Below the pieces are notes generated by a model, which made no database searches, was not told the origin of the DNA, and saw nothing but the letters and a program-made list of their open reading frames with translations. A stretch of 64,000 nucleotides of DNA from the human T2T-CHM13v2.0 reference genome, Homo sapiens. Below, in pieces: positions 51,001 to 61,167 of the stretch (positions within the stretch are counted from its first letter, which is position 1; every line of letters starts with the position of its first letter). The translations under genes and the position numbers were made by a program. The DNA is taken from the NCBI RefSeq assembly GCF_009914755.1, contig NC_060933.1. One strand, given 5' to 3'.

Positions 51001-54000
51001 AGTTGAATATTCCCTTTTATAGAGCAGGTTTGAAACACTCTTTCTGCACTACCTGGAAGTGGACATTTGGAGCGCTTTGAGGCCTATGTTGAAAAAGGAA
51101 ATATCTTCCCATAAAAACTAGACAGAAGCATTCTCAGAAACTTGTTTGTGATGTGTGTATTCAACTAACAGAGATGAACCTTTCTTTTTACAGAGCAGTT
51201 TTGAAACACTCTTTTTGTGGAATCTGAAAGTGGATATTTGGATAGCTTTGAGGATTTCGTTAGAAACGGGATTACATATAAAACCTAGAGAGAAGCATTC
51301 TCAGGAACTTCTTTGTGATGTTTGCCTTCAAGTCACAGGACTGAACATTCCCTTTCATAGAGCAGGTTTGAAACACTCTTTCTGTAGTATCTGCAAGCTG
51401 ACGTTTCAAGCGCTTTCAGGCCTATGGTGACAAAGGAAATATCTTCAAGTAAAAACTAGACAGAAGCATTCTCAGAAACTTATTTGCGATGTGTGTTCTC
51501 AACTAACAGAGTTGAACCTTTGTTTTGATATGGCATTTTGGAAACACTCTTTTTGTAGAATCTGCAGGTGGATATTCGGATAGCTTTGAAGGTTTCGTTG
51601 GAAACGGGAATATCTTCATATAAAATCTAGACGGAAGCATTCTCAGAAACTGCTTTGTGATGTTTTCATTCAAGTCACAGAGTAGAATGTTCCCTGTTAT
51701 ATACCAGGTTTGAGACACTCTTTCTGCACTACCTGGAAGTGGACGTTTGGAGCGCTTTGAGGCCTATGTTGAAAAAGGAAATATCTTCCCATAAAAACTA
51801 GACAGAAGCATTCTCAGAAACTTGTTTGTGATGTGTGTATTCAACTAACAGAGATGAACCTTTCTTTTTACAGAGCAGTTTTGAAACACTCTTTTTGTGG
51901 AATCTGAAAGTGGATATTTGGATAGCTTTGAGGATTTCGTTGGAAACGGGATTACATATAAAATCTAGAGAGAAGCATTCTCAGGAACTTCTTTGTGATG
52001 TTTGCATTCACGTCACAGAACTGAACATTCCCTTTCATAGAGCATGTTTGAAACACTCTTTCTGTAGTATCTGCAAACGGACATTTCAAACGCTTTCAGG
52101 CCTATGGTGAGAAAGGAAATATCTTCAAATAAAAACTAGACAGAAGCATTCTCAGAAACTTATTTGCGTTGTGTGTCCTCAACTATCAGAGTTGAACCTT
52201 TCTTTTGATACAACATTTTGGAACCACTCTTTTTGTAGAATCTGCAAGTGGATATTTGAATAGCTTTGAAGGTTTCGTTGGAAACGGGAATATCTTCATA
52301 TAAAATCAAGACAGAAGCATTCTCAGAAACTTCTCTGTGATGTTTGCATTCAACTCATAGAGTTGAACACTTCCCTTCATACAGCAGGTTTGAAACACTC
52401 TTTTTGTAATATTTGGAAGTGGACATTTGCAGCGCTTTGAGGCCTATGATGAAAAAGGAAATATCTTCCCATAAAAACTAGACAGAAGCATTCTCAGAAA
52501 CTTGTTTGTGATGTGTGTATTCAACTAACAGAGATGAACCTTTCTTTTTACAGAGCAGTTTTGAAACACTCTTTTTGTGGAATCTGAAAGTGGATATTTG
52601 GATAGCTTTGCGGATTTCGTTGGAAACGGGATTACATATAAAATCTAGGGAGAAGCATTCTCAGGAACTTCTTTGTGATGTTTGCATTCAAGTCACAGAA
52701 CTGAACATTCCCTTTCATAGAGCAGGTTTGAAACACTCTTTCTGTAGTATCTGCAAGCGGACGTTTTAAGCGCTTTCAGGCCTGTGGTGAGAAAGGAAAT
52801 ATCTTCAAATAAAAACTAGACAGAAGCATTCTCAGAAACTTATTTGCGATGTGTGTCCTCAACTAACAGAGTTGAACCTTTCTTTTGATACAACATTTTG
52901 GAAACACTCTTTTTGTAGAATCTGCAAGTGGATATTTGGATAGCTTTGAAGGTTTCGTTGGAAACGGGAATATCTTCATATGAAATCAAGACAGAAGCAT
53001 TCTCAGAAACTTCTCTGTGATGTTTGCATTCAACTCATAGAGTTGAACACTTCCCTTCATACAGCAGGTTTGAAACACTCTTTTTCTAATATTTGGAAGT
53101 GGACATTTGCAGCGCTTTGAGGCCTATGTTGAAAAAGGAAATATCTTCTCCTAAAAACCAGACAGAAGCATTCTCAGAAACTTCCTTGTGATGTGTGTAC
53201 TCAAGTAACAGAGTTGAACCTTCCTTTTGACAGAGCAGTTTTGAAGCACTCTTTTTGTAGAATCTGCAAGTGGATATTTTGATACCTTTGAGGATTTCGT
53301 TGGACACGGGATATCTTCATATGAAATCTAGACAGAAGCATTCTCAGAAACTTCTTTGTGCTGTATGTCCTCAATTAACAGAGTTGAACCTTTGTGTGGA
53401 TACAGCATTTTGGAAACATTCCTTTAGTAGAATCTGCAAGTTGATATTTAGATAGCTAGGAAGATTTCCTTGGAAACGGGAATATCTTCATATAAAATCT
53501 AGACGGAAGCATTCTCAGAAAGTGCTTTGTGATGTTTGCATTCAAGTCACAGAGTTGAATATTCCCTTTTATAGAGCAGGTTTGAAACACTCTTTCTGCA
53601 CTACCTGGAAGTGGACATTTGGAGCGCTTTGAGGCCTATGTTGAAAAAGGAAATATCTTCCCATAAAAACTAGACAGAAGCATTCTCAGAAACTTGTTTG
53701 TGATGTGTGTATTCAACTAACAGAGATGAACCTTTCTTTTTACAGAGCAGTTTTGAAACACTCTTTTTGTGGAATCTGAAAGTGGATATTTGGATAGCTT
53801 TGAGGATTTCGTTGGAAACGGGATTACATATAAAACCTAGAGAGAAGCATTCTCAGGAACTTCTTTGTGATGTTTGCCTTCAAGTCACAGGACTGAACAT
53901 TCCCTTTCATAGAGCAGGTTTGAAACACTCTTTCTGTAGTATCTGCAAGCTGACGTTTCAAGCGCTTTCAGGCCTATGGTGAGAAAGGAAATATCTTCAA

Positions 54001-55720
54001 GTAAAAACTAGACAGAAGCATTCTCAGAAACTTATTTGCGATGTGTGTTCTCAACTAACAGAGTTGAACCTTTGTTTTGATATGGCATTTTGGAAACACT
54101 CTTTTTGTAGAATCTGCAGGTGGATATTCGGATAGCTTTGAAGGTTTCGTTGGAAACGGGAATATCTTCATATAAAATCTAGACGGAAGCATTCTCAGAA
54201 ACTGCTCTGTGATGTTTTCATTCAAGTCACAGAGTAGAATGTTCCCTGTTATATACCAGGTTTGAGACACTCTTTCTGCACTACCTGGAAGTGGACATTT
54301 GCAGCGCTTTGAGGCCTATGATGAAAAAGGAAATATCTTCCCATAAAAACTAGACAGAAGCATTCTCAGAAACTTGTTTTTGATGTGTGTATTCAACTAA
54401 CAGAGATGAACCTTTCTTTTTACAGAGCAGTTTTGAAACACTCTTTTTGTGGAATCTGAAAGTGGATATTTGGATAGCTTTGAGGAATTCGTTGGAAACG
54501 GGATTACATATAAAATCTAGAGAGAAGCATTCTCAGGAACTTCTTTGTGATGTTTGCATTCACGTCACAGAACTGAACATTCCCTTTCATAGAGCATGTT
54601 TGAAACACTCTTTCTGTAGTATCTGCAAACGGACATTTCAAACGCTTTCAGGCCTATGGTGAGAAAGGAAATATCTTCAAATAAAAACTAGACAGAAGCA
54701 TTCTCAGAAACTTATTTGCGATGTGTGTCCTCAACTAACAGAGTTGAACCTTTCTTTTGATACAACATTTTGGAACCACTCTTTTTGTAGAATCTGCAAG
54801 TGGATATTTGAATAGCTTTGAAGGTTTCGTTGGAAAAGGGAATATCTTCATATAAAATCAAGACAGAAGCATTCTCAGAAACTTCTCTGTGATGTTTGCA
54901 TTCAACTCATAGAGTTGAACACTTCCCTTCATACAGCAGGCTTGAAACACTCTTTTTGTAATATTTGGAAGTGGACATTTGCAGCGCTTTGATGCCTATG
55001 ATGAAAAAGGTAATATCTTCCCATAAAAACTAGACAGAAGCATTCTCAGAAACTTGTTTGTGATGTGTGTATTCAACTAACAGAGATGAACCTTTCTTTT
55101 TACAGAGCAGTTTTGAAACACTCTTTTTGTGGAATCTGAAAGTGGATATTTGGATAGCTTTGCGGATTTCGTTGGAAACGGGATTACATATAAAATCTAG
55201 GGAGAAGCATTCTCAGGAACTTCTTTGTGATGTTTGCATTCAAGTCACAGAACTGAACATTCCCTTTCATAGAGCAGGTTTGAAACACTCTTTCTGTAGT
55301 ATCTGCAAGCGGACGTTTTAAGCGCTTTCAGGCCTGTGGTGAGAAAGGAAATATCTTCAAATAAAAACTAGACAGAAGCATTCTCAGAAACTTATTTGCG
55401 ATGTGTGTCCTCAACTAACAGAGTTGAACCTTTCTTTTGATACAACATTTTGGAAACACTCTTTTTGTAGAATCTGCAAGTGGATATTTGGATAGCTTTG
55501 AAGGTTTCGTTGGAAACGGGAATATCTTCATATGAAATCAAGACAGAAGCATTCTCAGAAACTTCTCTGTGATGTTTGCATTCAACTCATAGAGTTGAAC
55601 ACTTCCCTTCATACAGCAGGTTTGAAACACTCTTTTTGTAATATTTGGAAGTGGACATTTGCAGCGCTTTGAGGCCTATGTTGAAAAAGGAAATATCTTC
55701 TCCTAAAAACCAGACAGAAG
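48065..55720 (+). repeat. Run of three 15-mer HOR units (2552 bp each)
   Basis: Marker ORFs at 48166, 50718, 53270 and 55822. Confidence 0.93.
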
Positions 55721-58700
55721 CATTCTCAGAAACTTCCTTGTGATGTGTGTACTCAAGTAACAGAGTTGAACCTTCCTTTTGACAGAGCAGTTTTGAAGCA
55801 CTCTTTTTGTAGAATCTGCAAGTGGATATTTTGATACCTTTGAGGATTTCGTTGGACACGGGATATCTTCATATAAAATCTAGACAGAAGCATTCTCAGA
55901 AACTTCTTTGTGCTGTATGTCCTCAATTAACAGAGTTGAACCTTTGTGTGGATACAGCATTTTGGAAACATTCCTTTAGTAGAATCTGCAAGTTGATATT
56001 TAGATAGCTAGGAAGATTTCCTTGGAAACGGGAATATCTTCATATAAAATCTAGACGGAAGCATTCTCAGAAAGTGCTTTGTGATGTCTTCATTCAAGTC
56101 ACAGAGTAGAATGTTCCCTTTTATAGAGCAGGTTTGAAACACTCTTTCTGCACTACCTGGAAGTGGACATTTGGAGCGCTTTGAGACCTATGTTGAAAAA
56201 GGAAATATCTTCCCATAAAAACTAGACAGAAGCATTCTCAGAAACTTGTTTGTGATGTGTGTATTCAACTAACAGAGATGAACCTTTCTTTTTACAGAGC
56301 AGTTTTGAAACACTCTTTTTGTGGAATCTGAAAGTGGATATTTGGATAGCTTTGAGGATTTCGTTGGAAACGGGATTACATATAAAACCTAGAGAGAAGC
56401 ATTCTCAGGAACTTCTTTGTGATGTTTGCCTTCAAGTCACAGGACTGAACATTCCCTTTCATAGAGCAGGTTTGAAACACTCTTTCTGTAGTATCTGCAA
56501 GCTGACGTTTCAAGCGCTTTCAGGCCTATGGTGACAAAGGAAATATCTTCAAGTAAAAACTAGACAGAAGCATTCTCAGAAACTTATTTGCCATGTGTGT
56601 TTTCAACTAACAGAGTTGAACTTTTGTTTTGATATGGCATTTTGGAAACACTCTTTTTGTAGAATCTGCAGGTGGATATTCGGATAGCTTTGAAGGTTTC
56701 GTTGGAAACGGGAATATCTTCATATAAAATCTAGACGGAAGCATTCTCAGAAACTGCTTTGTGATGTTTTCATTCAAGTCACAGAGTAGAATGTTCCCTG
56801 TTATATACCAGGTTTGAGACACTCTTTCTGCACTACCTGGAAGTGGACGTTTGGAGCGCTTTGAGGCCTATGTTGAAAAAGGAAATATCTTCCCATAAAA
56901 ACTAGACAGAAGCATTCTCAGAAACTTGTTTGTGATGTGTGTATTCAACTAACAGAGATGAACCTTTCTTTTTACAGAGCAGTTTTGAAACACTCTTTTT
57001 GTGGAATCTGAAAGTGGATATTTGGATAGCTTTGAGGATTTCGTTGGAAACGGGATTACATATAAAACCTAGAGAGAAGCATTCTCAGGAACTTCTTTGT
57101 GATGTTTGCATTCAAGTCACAGAACTGAACATTCCCTTTCATAGAGCAGGTTTGAAACACTCTTTCTGTAGTATCTGCAAGCTGACGTTTCAAGCGCTTT
57201 CAGGCCTATGGTGAGAAAGGAAATATCTTCAAGTAAAAACTAGACAGAAGCATTCTCAGAAACTTATTTGCGATGTGTGTTCTCAACTAACAGAGTTGAA
57301 CCTTTGTTTTGATATGGCATTTTGGAAACACTCTTTTTGTAGAATCTGCAGGTGGATATTCGGATAGCTTTGAAGGTTTCGTTGGAAACGGGAATATCTT
57401 CATATAAAATCTAGACGGAAGCATTCTCAGAAACTGCTTTGTGATGTTTTCATTCAAGTCACAGAGTAGAATGTTCCCTGTTATATACCAGGTTTGAGAC
57501 ACTCTTTCTGCACTACCTGGAAGTGGACATTTGCAGCGCTTTGAGGCCTATGATGAAAAAGGAAATATCTTCCCATAAAAACTAGACAGAAGCATTCTCA
57601 GAAACTTGTTTGTGATGTGTGTATTCAACTAACAGAGATGAACCTTTCTTTTTACAGAGCAGTTTTGAAACACTCTTTCTGTGGAATCTGAAAGTGGATA
57701 TTTGGATAGCTTTGAGGATTTCGTTGGAAACGGGATTACATATAAAATCTAGAGAGAAGCATTCTCAGGAACTTCTTTGTGATGTTTGCATTCACGTCAC
57801 AGAACTGAACATTCCCTTTCATAGAGCATGTTTGAAACACTCTTACTGTAGTATCTGCAAACGGACATTTCAAACGCTTTCAGGCCTATGGTGAGAAAGG
57901 AAATATCTTCAAATAAAAACTAGACAGAAACATTCTCAGAAACTTATTTGCGATGTGTGTCCTCAACTAACAGAGTTGAACCTTTCTTTTGATACAACAT
58001 TTTGGAAACACTCTTTTTGTAGAATCTGCAAGTGGATATTTGAATAGCTTTGAAGGTTTCGTTGGAAACGGGAATATCTTCATATAAAATCAAGACAGAA
58101 GCATTCTCAGAAACTTCTCTGTGATGTTTGCATTCAACTCATAGAGTTGAACACTTCCCTTCATACAGCAGGTTTGAAACACTCTTTTTGTAATATTTGG
58201 AAGTGGACATTTGCAGCGCTTTGAGGCCTATGATGAAAAAGGTAATATCTTCCCATAAAAACTAGACAGAAGCATTCTCAGAAACTTGTTTGTGATGTGT
58301 GTATTCAACTAACAGAGATGAACCTTTCTTTTTACAGAGCAGTTTTGAAACACTCTTTTTGTGGAATCTGAAAGTGGATATTTGGATAGCTTTGCGGATT
58401 TCGTTGGAAACGGGATTACATATAAAATCTAGGGAGAAGCATTCTCAGGAACTTCTTTGTGATGTTTGCATTCAAGTCACAGAACTGAACATTCCCTTTC
58501 ATAGAGCAGGTTTTGAAACACTCTTTCTGTAGTATCTGCAAGCGGACGTTTTAAGCGCTTTCAGGCCTGTGGTGAGAAAGGAAATATCTTCAAATAAAAA
58601 CTAGACAGAAGCATTCTCAGAAACTTATTTGCGATGTGTGTCCTCAACTAACAGAGTTGAACCTTTCTTTTGATACAACATTTTGGAAACACTCTTTTTG

Positions 58701-58953
58701 TAGAATCTGCAAGTGGATATTTGGATAGCTTTGAAGGTTTCGTTGGAAACGGGAATATCTTCATATGAAATCAAGACAGAAGCATTCTCAGAAACTTCTC
58801 TGTGATGTTTGCATTCAACTCATAGAGTTGAACACTTCCCTTCATACAGCAGGTTTGAAACACTCTTTTTCTAATATTTGGAAGTGGACATTTGCAGCGC
58901 TTTGAGGCCTATGTTGAAAAAGGAAATATCTTCTCCTAAAAACCAGACAGAAG
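55721..58953 (+). repeat. Second 19-mer HOR unit (3233 bp, 1-bp insertion near 58511)
   Basis: Marker ORFs at 55822 and 59055. The extra T in GGTTTTGAAAC also shifts the ORF at 58299. Confidence 0.9.
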
Positions 58954-61167
58954 CATTCTCAGAAACTTCCTTCTGATGTGTGTACTCAAGTAACAGAGTT
59001 GAACCTTCCTTTTGACAGAGCAGTTTTGAAGCACTCTTTTTGTAGAATCTGCAAGTGGATATTTTGATACCTTTGAGGATTTCGTTGGACACGGGATATC
59101 TTCATATAAAATCTAGACAGAAGCATTCTCAGAAACTTCTTTGTGCTGTATGTCCTCAATTAACAGAGTTGAACCTTTGTGTGGATACAGCATTTTGGAA
59201 ACATTCCTTTAGTAGAATCTGCAAGTTGATATTTAGATAGCTAGGAAGATTTCCTTGGAAACGGGAATATCTTCATATAAAATCTAGACGGAAGCATTCT
59301 CAGAAAGTGCTTTGTGATGTTTGCATTCAAGTCACAGAGTTGAATATTCCCTTTTATAGAGCAGGTTTGAAACACTCTTTCTGCACTACCTGGAAGTGGA
59401 CATTTGGAGCGCTTAGAGGCCTATGTTGAAAAAGGAAATATCTTCCCATAAAAACTAGACAGAAGCATTCTCAGAAACTTGTTTGTGATGTGTGTATTCA
59501 ACTAACAGAGATGAACCTTTCTTTTTACAGAGCAGTTTTGAAACACTCTTTTTGTGGAATCTGAAAGTGGATATTTGGATAGCTTTGAGGATTTCGTTGG
59601 AAACGGGATTACATATAAAACCTAGAGAGAAGCATTCTCAGGAACTTCTTTGTGATGTTTGCCTTCTAGTCACAGGACTGAACATTCCCTTTCATAGAGC
59701 AGGTTTGAAACACTCTTTCTGTAGTATCTGCAAGCTGACGTTTCAAGCGCTTTCAGGCCTATGGTGAGAAAGGAAATATCTTCAAGTAAAAACTAGACAG
59801 AAGCATTCTCAGAAACTTATTTGCCATGTGTGTTCTCAACTAACAGAGTTGAACCTTTGTTTTGATACGGCATTTTGGAAACACTCTTTTTGTAGAATCT
59901 GCAGGTGGATATTCGGATAGCTTTGAAGGTTTCGTTGGAAACGGGAATATCTTCATATAAAATCTAGACGGAAGCATTCTCAGAAACTGCTTTGTGATGT
60001 TTTCATTCAAGTCACAGAGTAGAATCTTCCCTGTTATATACCAGGTTTCAGACACTCTTTCTGCACTACCTGGAAGTGGACATTTGCAGCGCTTTGAGGC
60101 CTATGATGAAAAAGGAAATATCTTCCCATAAAAACTAGACAGAAGCATTCTCAGAAACTTATTTGCGATGTGTGTCCTCAACTAACAGAGTTGAACCTTT
60201 CTTTTGATACAACATTTTGGAAACACTCTTTTTGTGGAATCTGCAAGTGGATATTTGGATAGCTTTGAAGATTTCGTTGGAAACGGGAATATCTTCATAT
60301 AAAATCAAGACAGAAGCATTCTCAGAAACTTCTCTGTGATGTTTGCATTCAACTCATAGAGTTGAACACTTCCCTTCATACAGCAGGTTTGAAACACTCT
60401 TTTTGTAATATTTGGAAGTGGACATTTGCAGCGCTTTGAGGCCTATGATGAAAAAGGAAATATCTTCCCATAACAACTAGACAGAAGCATTCTCAGAAAC
60501 TTGTTTGTGATGTGTGTATTCAACTAACAGAGATGAACCTTTCTTTTTACAGAGCAGTTTTGAAACACTCTTTTTGTGGAATCTGAAAGTGGATATTTGG
60601 ATAGCTTTGCGGATTTCGTTGGAAACGGGATTACATATAAAATCTAGGGAGAAGCATTCTCAGGAACTTCTTTGTGATGTTTGCATTCAAGTCACAGAAC
60701 TGAACATTCCCTTTCATAGAGCAGGTTTGAAACACTCTTTCTGTAGTATCTGCAAGCGGACGTTTTAAGCGCTTTCAGGCCTGTGGTGAGAAAGGAAATA
60801 TCTTCAAATAAAAACTAGACAGAAGCATTCTCAGAAACTTATTTGCGATGTGTGTCCTCAACTAACAGAGTTGAACCTTTCTTTTGATACAACATTTTGG
60901 AAACACTCTTTTTGTAGAATCTGCAAGTGGATATTTGGATAGCTTTGAAGGTTTCGTTGGAAACGGGAATATCTTCATATGAAATCAAGACAGAAGCATT
61001 CTCAGAAACTTCTCTGTGATGTTTGCATTCAACTCATAGAGTTGAACACTTCCCTTCATACAGCAGGTTTGAAACACTCTTTTTCTAATATTTGGAAGTG
61101 GACATTTGCAGCGCTTTGAGGCCTATGTTGAAAAAGGAAATATCTTCTCCTAAAAACCAGACAGAAG
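58954..61167 (+). repeat. 13-mer HOR variant (2214 bp)
   Basis: Marker ORFs at 59055 and 61269. m4 is followed directly by m3 at 60146, so 338 bp are missing. Confidence 0.9.
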
